Source of the DNA: an uncultured Candidatus Rokubacteria bacterium
GTDB lineage: Bacteria; Methylomirabilota; Methylomirabilia; Rokubacteriales; CSP1-6
Direction of reading: 5' to 3'
Assembly: GCA_963758635.1 (NCBI GenBank)
Contig: CAVWWD010000008.1
Coordinates: 907,215 to 971,214 of the forward strand
Length of the DNA stretch: 64,000 bases
Positions 36,432-45,729 of the stretch are shown in pieces. Position 1 is the stretch's first letter. Every line of letters starts with the position of its first letter. The translations under genes were made by a program, and so were the position numbers. The notes beneath the pieces were generated by a model. It saw nothing but the letters and a program-made list of their open reading frames with translations, did not search any database and was not told the DNA's origin.

Positions 36432-37561
36432 GCCGTTCAGCTCTCCACAACCTCTCTCGCTGGGTCTAACGCCCGGTTCAGCGGCGCGCAGCTCGAGCGA
36501 GTCCGCTGAGGCACGGGAGGTTGGACGCTGCGATCGCCCACGCAGGACGACCGCGATGGTTCTTCAGCGATCGAGCCTCGCGTCTACGTCCCGCTGTCGA
36601 GAGCGTGTGGGCCCCGATCGGAGACGGCCGAGTCCGTGGATCGGTCCACGGACGATCGTGCAGGGCGGCACGGAGCGCAGTGACTTGAGCCCGCACGAGC
36701 GTCGTCGCGGCCGTTGGCCACTCGATGAGCCGGCCAGCAGCGCTCGGTGCCACATGACCGTCCTACGAATCGTCACGCTCGGGCGAGCCGGGAACGTCGC
36801 ATCGTCTTGGCGGCGGCCGAAGCTTCAGTCGCGAACCCGCGCACCGGTGATCCAGCGTGCGAGAGATCGTCGCACTCCCGAGCGCGAACGGACTACTGAT
36901 TACCAGCGGCGGTCTCGAGACGCCATGACGCGTCCATGCTGGCCAAGGACGCCAGCCAGGACTCGTGCTGCATCGCCATGACGCGAGCCACCTTGCGGCC
37001 AACACGCGAATCGGCGGAGCGCCCGCTGACCAGTCCGGGACGAGCCCTCGACTGCCAGGCACGACGGTCGAACGTGACGTTCGCTGCCATAGTGGCCGGG
37101 AGACAGCCGCCTGCATCCGGTTGTCAAAGCCCACAACGCTCGGCACGCCGATGAGCCAAGAGCCGTGCCACGAGCAGGTACCACGGCCACGCACAGCTCG
37201 CTCGGCTCGGCGTGCCAGGTAGAAGGCCTACCGCCCGGTGCCGGTCTGGCACCATGTCCCGAAATCCGCGGCGCTACACCGTGTGCGCGGAGTCCATCGT
37301 CGCTCGTGTCGCCCTCCAGCGCTGGGCCATGCTCCGATGACAGCCGAAGTACTATTCGGTCCGGCGATACGCGGACCCGCGTAGCGACCCAGACGCTGCA
37401 ACGCGGAGCCGGGTAGTATCGGTCGCACCCCCCAGTCTGGGTTCTTGCAGTCCTGTGATTCCCACTCCTTACCGATCCTTGGCCGGGTCTCCCTGGCCGT
37501 GCTATCCAACGCGGGAAGGTCGTGTAGCGCGCCGGATATCCCGGTCGGGAGGGCGTGATTA
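36432..37561. other. about 1.1 kb with no convincing ORF in any frame, visibly less GC-rich than the flanks; possible relic of acquired DNA
   Basis: All six translations look like noise. There are no rRNA/tRNA/RNase P/tmRNA hallmarks. The stretch is adjacent to the decayed toxin-antitoxin pair. Confidence 0.4.
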
Positions 37562-37671
37562 TCACGCGTCCAACATCCCGTCGAGCGGGCTGCTCACCCC
37601 GGCTGTTCCGGGTCTCGGTCTCGTCCAGCAGGCGGTGTCGGCAGCGCCTGTCCGTCGTTCGCGGAGGAGGT

Positions 37672-40021
37672 TCATGTGGTGGCGCGTCCCGACCGGATCG
37701 CGCTCCACACGCGCTCGGGGGTGAGCGGCATGTCGAGGTGACGGACCCCCGCGGTACCCAGCGCGTCGTTGACGGCGTTCACCAGCGCCGGGAGCGCGCC
37801 CACCGTGCCGGCCTCGCCCACGCCCTTGGCGCCGAGCGGGTTGACCTGCGTCGGGCACCTCGTGGGAGTCCACGTCGAAGGCAGGCATCTCGTCGGCGCG
37901 CGGCACCGCGTAGTCCATGAACGAGCCGGCCAGGAGCTGGCCCGTCTCGGGGTCGTAGACCAGGTCCTCGTAGAGCGCCTGGCCCAGGCCCTGGACCACG
38001 CCGCCATGGATCTGGCCCTTCACGAGCATGGGGTTCACCATGCGGCCCACGTCGTCCACCACGCTGTAGCGCTCGATCGTGATGGCGCCCGTGTCGGGGT
38101 CGATCTCCACCTCGCACACGTGGCAGCCGTTCGGGAACGTGACCGCGGGCGGCGTGAACGCGGCCGTGTCGGTGAAGCCCGGCTCCATGCCGGCCGGGAG
38201 CTGGCGCGGCACGTACGCCGTGCGCGCCACCTGGCCCCACGAGACGCCCTTGTCCGTGCCGGCAACGGTGAAGCGCCCGTCGCGGAGGACAACGTCCCCC
38301 ACCGCCGCCTCCATCATGTGCGCGGCGATCCGGCGGCCGCGCTCCACCGCGCGCTCCGTGGCCCGCAGGACCGCGGACCCGCCCACGGTGAGCGCGCCGG
38401 AGCCGCCGTTGCCCCGGCCGGCGCCGAGCGAGTCGCTGTCGCCCCAGTGGACCTGGATGCGGTCGAGCGTCACGCCGAGGCGGTCGCTCAGGATCTGGGC
38501 GAAGGCGGTCTCGTTGCCCTGGCCCATCGACGTGGTGCCCGCGAAGAGCGAGACCGAGCCGTCGGGGTTGATGCAGATCGAGGCGGTGTCTGGGTTGACC
38601 GACGTGTACGGGCCGCCCGCCACCTCCACCGCGTTGGCGATGCCGATGCCGCGGAGCTTGCCACGCGCGCGGGCCTCCGTGCGGCGCTTCTCGAATCCCG
38701 CGTGGTCGCCGAGCCCCAGCGCCATGTCCATGCCGCGGCCGAAGTCGCCGCAGTCGTAGGTGAAGACGAGGCCGGTCTTGAACGGCATCGCCGAGGGCGG
38801 AATGAGGTTCCGCCGCCGCAGCTCCAGGGCGTCGATCCCCAGCTCGCGCGCCGCCACCTCGATCACCCGCTCGATGGCGTAGGTCGCCTCGGGGCGCCCG
38901 GCGCCGCGATAGGGGCCGGTGGGCGTCATGTTGCTGAACACGCCGGTGGTCTGCACGTGGATCGCCGGGGTCGTGTAGACGCCCGCGAGCCCGCCCACGT
39001 TGTTGGTGCCGGGGCCGGCGCTCCGCGGCGTCATGTACGCGCCGATGTTGAGCGTGATCGCCACGCGCAGGGCGAGAAACTTCCCGTCCTTGTCGAGCGC
39101 CAGCTCCGCGGTGGAGACGTTGTCGCGCCCGTGCTCGTCGGTGACGAAGCCTTCGGTGCGGCCGGACGTCCACTTGACGGGTCGCCCGAGGCGGCGCGCG
39201 GCCCACAGCACCAGCACGGCCTCGGGGTAGGCGCCGCTCTTCATCCCGAAGCTGCCGCCGACCTCGCTCGTCACCACGCGGAGGCGGCTCTGCGGCACCT
39301 TGAAGACGGGCTCGGCGAGGAGCGCGCGCAGGCCGTGCGGTCCCTGGATGCCGGTATGGAGCGTGTAGCGGTCGGTGCGGCGGTCGTACTCGCCCACCGC
39401 GGCGCGGGGCTCCATGGGAGCGGCGGCCACGCGCGTCACGACGAAGTCCAGCTTCGTGACGTGGGCGGCGGCGGCGAAGGCCTTCGTCACCGCGTCCTTC
39501 GGGCCGGCTTCCCAGACGAAGGCCACGTTGTCGGGGGCGGCGTCCCACACCGGGCCCGTGCCCGGGCGGGTGGCCGCCACCGTGGAGGTGACGGCGGGGA
39601 GCGGCTCGTAGTCGACCCCGACCAGCTCGGCGGCGTCGGCCGCGTGCTCGCGCGTGTCGGCCACGACGAGGGCCACGGGATCCCCGACGTGGCGGGCGCG
39701 GTCGCGCACCAGGGCGGGGCGTGGCGTGGCCGGCGATGGGGAGCCGTCGCGACGCTTTCGGCCGCCGTCACCGGGGAGGTTGCCGAGGCCGTCGGCCGCG
39801 TAGTCGGCGCCGGTCAGGACGGCGAGCACGCCGGGCGCGCTCCGCGCCGCGGCGGTGTCGATCGACACGATGCGCGCGTGCGCGTGGGGTGAGCGCACCA
39901 CGACGGCATACGACTCGCGCGCCAGCGTCACGTCGTCCGAGTAGCGGCCGAGGCCCTGCACGAGACGGGGATCCTCCAGACGACGCGCCGACTGTCCCAC
40001 CGCGTATTTCTCGACGATCAC
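37672..40021 (-). CDS. xanthine dehydrogenase/CoxL-family molybdopterin-binding large subunit (form-II type), C-terminus shifted by a +1 slip
   Basis: ORF 37562..40105. The start is GTG 40021 after AGGAGA ([27 protein letters not shown]). The active-site loop is [12 protein letters not shown]. At 37852 the frame moves to ORF 37672..38007 (..[35 protein letters not shown]..). Confidence 0.9.
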
Positions 40022-40044
40022 GAGTTGGGTCTCCTTTTGAGTTT

Positions 40045-40098
40045 GCCGTCGGGGCGCCTTCGCAGGGCTCCGGCGCCCGACGGTCGGGGAAGTCAACC
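40045..40098 (-). promoter_or_regulatory. family F3 element, copy 1: GGTTGAC box plus palindrome CCCGACCGTCGGG plus hairpin, upstream of coxL-like gene 2
   Basis: The minus sense reads GGTTGACTTCCCCGACCGTCGGGCGCCGGAGCCCTGCGAAGGCGCCCCGACGGC. The palindrome is at 40076-40088. It lies in the divergent region between 40021 (-) and 40261 (+). Confidence 0.6.
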
Positions 40099-40260
40099 GT
40101 GCCAAGTCATCCCGGAGAAGTCTTCCCGGAGAAGTCTTCGAACCCCCCCGACGCCCGGGGAAGTCGTCACGGACGGGCCCTCGGGATGCGGGGCGCGTGC
40201 CGGGACCGATCGTGCCACGCGCGGCGGCGCCTCGTCAAAGCCGCCTGCTATACTCCCGGC

Positions 40261-41469
40261 GTGCCCGACGACTCGCTCCTCCTCGACGGCCTCGTCGTCC
40301 TCGATCTCACGCGCGTCCTCGCCGGGCCGTACTGCACGCGTCTCCTGAGCGACATGGGCGCGCGCGTGATCAAGGTGGAGCGGCCCGGCGAGGGCGACGA
40401 GACGCGACGGGCGCCGCACCAGCTCGACCCCGACCGCGAGGACCAGTCGAGCTACTTCGCGCGGGTGAACGCGGGCAAGGAGAGCGTGGCCCTGGACCTC
40501 GCGCGTCCGGAGGCGCAGGCCGTGGCCCTCGACCTGGCTCGGCACGCCGACGTGTTCATCGAGAACTTCGCCCCCGGCGTGGTGGCCCGGCTCGGCTGCG
40601 ACTACGAGGCGGTGCGGGCGGTGAAGCCCGACATCGTCTACTGCTCGATCTCGGGCTTCGGCCAGACCGGCCCGTGGCGGCATCGGCCCGCCTTCGCCCA
40701 CATCGCCAACGCGATCTCCGGCCTGATGTACCTGGAGCAGGGGCACGACGCGAACCCCAAGGCGTCGAACCTGCAGGCCGCCGACGTGCTCGCGGCCACC
40801 CACGCGTGCGGCGCCATCCTCGGCGCGCTCGTGCGGCGCGGGCGCACGGGGAAGGGCGCGCGCCTCGACGTCTCGATGCTCGAGGCGCTGGTCGCGGCGG
40901 ACAGCGTGACGTATCCCTCGGTGCTGAACGGCGGCGAGGAGCACGGGAACCCGCGCAGCGGGATGCTCGTGCACCGGATCGGCGACCGCTACCTCGTCAT
41001 GCAGAGCGTGGGCGCGCCGCGGCTCTTCGAGCGGCTGCTCGAGGTGATGGGCAAGAAGGAGCTCGCGCAGGACCCGCGCTTCGCCAAGTCGCTGGAGCGG
41101 CGGGAGCACTGGCCGGAGCTGGCCGAGATCATCACGGAGTGGCTGTCGGGCTTCCCCGACGTGGACGCCGCGCTCGAGGTGCTCGAGCGGGCGCGGATCC
41201 CGTCGGCGCCGGTGCTGAAGCCGGCCGACGTCATCGCCGCCCCGCACCTGGCCGAGCGACGCTTCTTCCCCACGCTGCCGCACCCGGCCAAGGGCACGGT
41301 GACGGTGACGGCGAGCCCGTACCACCTGGATGGCCGGCCGGTGCACCCGCGCGCGCGGGCCGCGTACCGGGTGGGCGAGCACACGCGCACGGTGCTGACG
41401 GGACTCCTCGGCTACGACGAGGCCCGCATCGCGAGCCTCGTCGCGGCCAAGGCGGTGGAGCTCCCGTAA
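40261..41469 (+). CDS. CaiB/BaiF family (family III) CoA-transferase
   Basis: Last 402 codons of ORF 39721..41469 from GTG 40261. Sequence: LDGLVVLDLTRVLAGPYCTRLLSDMGARVIKVERPGEGDETR..ENFAPGV. Confidence 0.9.
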   Translation: MPDDSLLLDGLVVLDLTRVLAGPYCTRLLSDMGARVIKVERPGEGDETRRAPHQLDPDREDQSSYFARVNAGKESVALDLARPEAQAVALDLARHADVFIENFAPGVVARLGCDYEAVRAVKPDIVYCSISGFGQTGPWRHRPAFAHIANAISGLMYLEQGHDANPKASNLQAADVLAATHACGAILGALVRRGRTGKGARLDVSMLEALVAADSVTYPSVLNGGEEHGNPRSGMLVHRIGDRYLVMQSVGAPRLFERLLEVMGKKELAQDPRFAKSLERREHWPELAEIITEWLSGFPDVDAALEVLERARIPSAPVLKPADVIAAPHLAERRFFPTLPHPAKGTVTVTASPYHLDGRPVHPRARAAYRVGEHTRTVLTGLLGYDEARIASLVAAKAVELP

Positions 41470-41475
41470 GGCGGG

Positions 41476-42411
41476 CTACTTCTTCGCGGGGGTGTGCTTC
41501 CCCGTGAGCTGCGGCGTCGTGCCTTCCTGTCCCTTCTCCTGACGGTCCAGGCGCGTCTCGCGCGCCCACGTCCGCTTCAGGTCGTCGCGGATGTTGAACC
41601 GGAGCCGGCCCAGCCCGTCGCTCTCGATCTCCACGGTATCGCCGTCCTGGAACGCCGAGAGGCCGCGGTGGTTGGTGCCGGTGGCGAGGACGTTGCCGGG
41701 CTCCAGCGTGTGGATCGAGGTGACCCACTCGATGCAGCGCGGGATCTTGTGGGCCATGTCGTCGGTGTTGAAGTTCTGCTTGATCGTGCCGTTCACCCAG
41801 AGGCGCACCTGGAGGCGGTGAGGGTCGGCGATCTCGTCGGCGGTGACGATGTACGGGCCCATCGGCGCGAAGGTGTCGCGGGACTTCATCTGGTAGAACG
41901 TGTTGCCCGCGGGGGCCAGGCCGCGCGCCGAGCCGTCGATGAAGTTGGTGTAGCCGAACACGTAGCTCATCGCATCGGCGGCGCGCACGTTCGACGCCCG
42001 CTTGCCGATGATCAGCGCGACCTCGGCCTCGCCCTCGAAGATGGTGGCGGGCACGTCGGGCAGGACCATCGTGTCGCCGTTGCCGATGACCGCGCCGGGC
42101 GACTTGTGGAACGCGTTGATGGGGGCGGGCTCGCTGCGCGTGCCGTCCTCCATGTAGTTGACGGCCATGCAGTCGATGTTGCCGGGGGCGGGCAGCGGCG
42201 GCCGGATCCGCACCGAGGCGAGCGGGACGCCCTTGCCCTGCGCCGCCGCCTGCTCCAGCTTGCCCTTGTAGTCCGCCCACCGCTCGATGAGCCCGCTGAT
42301 CCGGTTGCCCGGCCCGGTGTGCGGGATGTCGCGCACCACCGCCGACACGTCCACCACCGCGTCACCCTTGAGCACGCCCAGCTTGAAGTCGTCGAAATGG
42401 AGAAGCTTCAC
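41476..42411 (-). CDS. fumarylacetoacetate hydrolase (FAH) family protein
   Basis: ORF 41476..42774 from GTG 42411 (AGGAGG RBS). Sequence: NYMEDG.., FEGEAEVALIIGK, DGSARG..KSRDTFAPMGPYIVTADEI. Confidence 0.9.
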   Translation of the reverse strand: MKLLHFDDFKLGVLKGDAVVDVSAVVRDIPHTGPGNRISGLIERWADYKGKLEQAAAQGKGVPLASVRIRPPLPAPGNIDCMAVNYMEDGTRSEPAPINAFHKSPGAVIGNGDTMVLPDVPATIFEGEAEVALIIGKRASNVRAADAMSYVFGYTNFIDGSARGLAPAGNTFYQMKSRDTFAPMGPYIVTADEIADPHRLQVRLWVNGTIKQNFNTDDMAHKIPRCIEWVTSIHTLEPGNVLATGTNHRGLSAFQDGDTVEIESDGLGRLRFNIRDDLKRTWARETRLDRQEKGQEGTTPQLTGKHTPAKK

Positions 42412-42488
42412 GGGGACCTCCTGTCTGTCCGCATCACCTGCGATTGAAGGTGGATCTGCGATCTGCCATTGGCCGCTGAGCCCGTCGC

Positions 42489-42839
42489 CTACTCGACGGG
42501 GACGAAGATGCAGTGCCGGATCTTCCCGCCGACGGCCTTGGAGAGATGCCCCTTGCCCGTGGTGTCCTCGACCAGGATCACCTCGCCGGCCCCGATGACG
42601 CGGGCCTCCCCGTCGCTCGCCGTGATCTGCACGCCCGCGTCGAGGTTGATGATGTACTGCCGGCGCGGCGCGGGGTGCCAGTCGAGGTCGTAGTCGGGCT
42701 GGACCTGCCGGAAGATGATGCCGGTGGCGGGCAGGCGCTTGGAGAGCTTGCCCGCCCGTGTCTCCTCGGCCCACTCGACCTCGATGTCACGGAAGTGCGA
42801 CTGGCCCTTCGCGTCGGTGTAGAGATTGTGGATGCGCAT
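42489..42839 (-). CDS. small cupin-like protein (paralogue of 48505..48846)
   Basis: ORF 42489..42839. It shares DWHPAPRRQ(Y/F)(I/V)I..G and LVEDTTGKGH with the paralogue. Confidence 0.75.
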   Translation of the reverse strand: MRIHNLYTDAKGQSHFRDIEVEWAEETRAGKLSKRLPATGIIFRQVQPDYDLDWHPAPRRQYIINLDAGVQITASDGEARVIGAGEVILVEDTTGKGHLSKAVGGKIRHCIFVPVE

Positions 42840-42865
42840 GTCTTGGTCCTTTCATCTTCCGTTTC

Positions 42866-42968
42866 GCCGTCGGGGCGCCTGCGCGGAGCCTCCGGCGCCC
42901 GACGGTCGGGCGGTCAACCGTTCACTGCCTTGCGCGGCGGCGCGGGCCCGACGGTCGGGCAGTCAACC
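42866..42968 (-). promoter_or_regulatory. family F3 element, copy 2 plus an extra half-copy, upstream of the cupin-FAH operon
   Basis: The full unit is 42866-42919, with the palindrome CCCGACGGTCGGG at 42898-42910. A second GGTTGAC-plus-palindrome half-unit is at 42947-42968. Confidence 0.6.
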
Positions 42969-42987
42969 CGTCCCCTTGGCTTCGCGG

Positions 42988-43677
42988 TCAGCCCAGCAGC
43001 AGGCGCGTCAGCTCCTCGGGCTGGCTCAGCATCGGGTAGTGACCGGTGTCGAGCTCGTGGTACGCGGCGCCCAGGCGCTCGGCGGTGCGGCGCTGGTGCG
43101 TCTCGGGCGGGTTCGCGGCCCGGCGACAGCGCACGACGGTCGCCGGCCACTTCTGGGACCAGAAGCTGTCGAGCGTCACCGGCGCCTCCAGCGCCGCCAC
43201 CGGGTGCGGCGTGTAGCGCGCGAGCGCCCAGGCCCGCGTGGCCGGATCGAGGTCCGCGAAGAGCCGCTGCTCGGCGTCCTTCCGCGAGGGGCCGGTGGTG
43301 ATGGCCGTCACCTCGTTCGCGGCCGCCCGCTTCACGATGCCGGACACCTGCTCACCCGACATCAGCGCGAGGGCGTCCACGAACGCGAGCCGCGCGATGC
43401 GGTCGCGGGCCTGCTCGGCGGCCCGGCACACCACCATGCCGCCGGAGCTGGTGCCGGCGAGGACCACGCCGGACAGGTCCTCGTAGAAGAGGAGCCCGGC
43501 GATCTCCGCCGCGTGCGTGTCGACGGTGATGCCGGGCCGGACGCTCCCGTGGCGCTCGGCGCAGCCGTCCAGGGTGGGAGCGAACACGGTGTGGCCGGCG
43601 GCGCGGAGCCGCTCGGCGACGGGCTTCCAGATCCATCCGCCCTGGTAGGCGCCGTGAACGAGCACGTAGGTGGCCAT
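42988..43677 (-). CDS. alpha/beta hydrolase (esterase, methylesterase/SABP2-like)
   Basis: ORF 42988..43677. Sequence: YVLVHGAYQGGWIW, nucleophile elbow GTSSGG, GHYPMLSQP. Confidence 0.85.
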   Translation of the reverse strand: MATYVLVHGAYQGGWIWKPVAERLRAAGHTVFAPTLDGCAERHGSVRPGITVDTHAAEIAGLLFYEDLSGVVLAGTSSGGMVVCRAAEQARDRIARLAFVDALALMSGEQVSGIVKRAAANEVTAITTGPSRKDAEQRLFADLDPATRAWALARYTPHPVAALEAPVTLDSFWSQKWPATVVRCRRAANPPETHQRRTAERLGAAYHELDTGHYPMLSQPEELTRLLLG

Positions 43678-43694
43678 GGGGTCTCCGTTGTCAC

Positions 43695-43775
43695 GTTGTG
43701 ACGGAACGCCGATTTCGACTTCGCCGTGCGGGCCAACACCGCGACTCCGCGTACACGCGCGCGGCCGACTCGCCA
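43695..43775 (-). repeat. family F2 leader-type element, copy A
   Basis: The minus sense reads TGGCGAGTCGGCCGCGCGCGTGTACGCGGAGTCGCGGTGTTGGCCCGCACGGCGAAGTCGAAATCGGCGTTCCGTCACAAC. It ends 17 nt before ATG 43677. Confidence 0.75.
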
Positions 43776-43791
43776 GTCATCTCACAAACTG

Positions 43792-44727
43792 CTACCGCGA
43801 GGCGAACCGCGGGAACACCTCGGCGGCGATCTGCTCGAGCTGCCGCTCGGTGTCCTCGTTGTCGCAGATGGGGTTCATGACGAAGTACGTGCAGCCGGCG
43901 TCCACGAAGCGCTGGAGCTGCTCCGCGCACTGCGCCGCCGTCCCGATGATGCCGTAACGGCCGGCGAGGGGCCCGAAGTCCTGCGCGTAGCGCTGGCTGA
44001 GCAGGCGCACCCAGGTGTCGCGCGCGCGCTCGTGGTCGTCGCCGATGGTGACGAAGGCGAGGTGCGAGTTGACGAAGCCGTCGAGCGATCGCCCGGTCCG
44101 CCCCGCCTCCTCGCGGATCTTCGCCACGGACTGCCCGTAGCGCTGGGCGTCGACCACGTACGACATCCACCCGTCGCCCTGGCGCGCCGCCCGCGCCAGC
44201 GCGGCGTCGGACCGCCCGCCGATCCAGATGGGCGGCCCCGGCTGCTGCACCGGCTTGGGGTCGATGCTCACGCCGTCGAAACTGGTGAAGCGGCCGTGGA
44301 ACGACGCCGGCGTGTCGCGCCAGAGCGCGCGCACGACGTCGATGCCCTCGGTCACGCGCGCCCCGCGCTCCTTGTGCGGAACGCCGCAGACCTCGAACTC
44401 CTTGCGGTTCTCGCCGCCCACGCCCACGCCGAAGATGAGGCGGCCGCCGGACAGCGCGTCGAGGGTGGACGTGGCCTTGGCCGCGATGGCGGGCGCGCGC
44501 AGCGCGAGCAGGTACACGCCGGTGCCGAGGCGGATGCGCGTGGTGATGCTGGCGTAGCTCGCGAGGAGCGTCAGCGACTCGAAGATCGGGTTGTGGAAGG
44601 AGACGTGGTCGCCGGACCAGATCGACTCGAAGCCCAGCTCCTCGATGCGGCGGACGAGACGGAACTGCTCCTGCGGCGGACGCGGAGACGGCGACGACGG
44701 CGAGGCGCCGAAGTGGATCGCGGGCAC
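43792..44727 (-). CDS. LLM class F420-dependent oxidoreductase
   Basis: ORF 43792..44727. Sequence: GFESIWSGDH, GGRLIFGVGVGG, PPIWIGG. Confidence 0.9.
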   Translation of the reverse strand: MPAIHFGASPSSPSPRPPQEQFRLVRRIEELGFESIWSGDHVSFHNPIFESLTLLASYASITTRIRLGTGVYLLALRAPAIAAKATSTLDALSGGRLIFGVGVGGENRKEFEVCGVPHKERGARVTEGIDVVRALWRDTPASFHGRFTSFDGVSIDPKPVQQPGPPIWIGGRSDAALARAARQGDGWMSYVVDAQRYGQSVAKIREEAGRTGRSLDGFVNSHLAFVTIGDDHERARDTWVRLLSQRYAQDFGPLAGRYGIIGTAAQCAEQLQRFVDAGCTYFVMNPICDNEDTERQLEQIAAEVFPRFASR

Positions 44728-44774
44728 GGGCGGCAGGGTATCACGAGGGCGACGTGCTAGACTAGCCGCTCGAC

Positions 44775-45722
44775 ATGACCAACATCACGAAGATCACGCC
44801 CGAGATTCGCCAGCTCGCGTCCGGTCTGCGGTTTCCCGAAGGGCCCGTGGCGATGCCCGACGGCTCCGTCGTGCTCGTGGAGATCGAGCGGCGCACGCTG
44901 TCGCGCGTCGGCGCCGACGGGAAGGTGAGCGTGGTCGCCACGCTGGGCGGCGGCCCCAACGGCGCGGCGATGGGACCGGGCGGCAAGATCTACGTCGCCA
45001 ACAACGGCGGACTGAAGTTCCTGGAGCGGCCGGGTCGTCTCTTCCCGGTGGCCCAGTCCGACGACTACGTCCGCGGCTCGATCCAGGTGGTGGACCCCGA
45101 CACGGGGAAGCTCGACACGCTCTACGACGCGTGCGAGGGGCGGCCGCTGCACGGGCCCAACGACCTGGTGTTCGACAGCGCGGGCGGCTTCTGGTTCACC
45201 GACCTCGGCAAGACGCGCGACCGCGACGCTGACCGTGGCGCCGTCTGCTACGCGAAGGCCGACGGCTCGGCCATCCGCGAGGCGATCTTCCCGCTCGAGC
45301 GCCCGAACGGCATCGGGCTGTCTCCGGACGAGCGCACCCTCTACGTGGTCGAGACGCCCACCGCGCGGTGCTGGGCGTTTCGCCTGTCCGGGCCGGGCGA
45401 GATCGAGTCGGCCAACGGACCGTACCGCGGCGAGAAGGGCACGGTGGTCGCGGGCCTCGGCGGCTACCAGATGTTCGACTCGCTGGCCGTCGACAGCGAG
45501 GGCCACGTGTGCGTGGCCACGCTGATCACCGGCGCGGTGAGCGACATCTGGCCGGACGGCAGCCGCGTGGACCAGTACATGCTGCCCGACATGATGGTGA
45601 CCAACGTCTGCTTCGGCGGGGTCGAGCTGCGCACCGCCTTCGCCACGCTGTCGATGGGCGGCACGCTCGTGTCCTTCGAGTGGCCGCGCCCGGGCCTGGC
45701 CCTCAACCACCTGAACAAGTAG
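44775..45722 (+). CDS. SMP-30/gluconolactonase/LRE family protein
   Basis: ORF 44775..45722. Sequence: LRFPEGPV, GPNDLVFDSAGGFWFTD, PNGIGLSPDERTLYVVET. Confidence 0.9.
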   Translation: MTNITKITPEIRQLASGLRFPEGPVAMPDGSVVLVEIERRTLSRVGADGKVSVVATLGGGPNGAAMGPGGKIYVANNGGLKFLERPGRLFPVAQSDDYVRGSIQVVDPDTGKLDTLYDACEGRPLHGPNDLVFDSAGGFWFTDLGKTRDRDADRGAVCYAKADGSAIREAIFPLERPNGIGLSPDERTLYVVETPTARCWAFRLSGPGEIESANGPYRGEKGTVVAGLGGYQMFDSLAVDSEGHVCVATLITGAVSDIWPDGSRVDQYMLPDMMVTNVCFGGVELRTAFATLSMGGTLVSFEWPRPGLALNHLNK

Positions 45723-45729
45723 AGGACCC

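Noticed and set aside
37145-37180. Group II intron domain-V-like hairpin (GAGCCGTG..CACGGC) in the non-coding block.
   Set aside because: There is no AGC-triad, bulge or GNRA-loop geometry, no flanking domain VI, and no reverse-transcriptase ORF.
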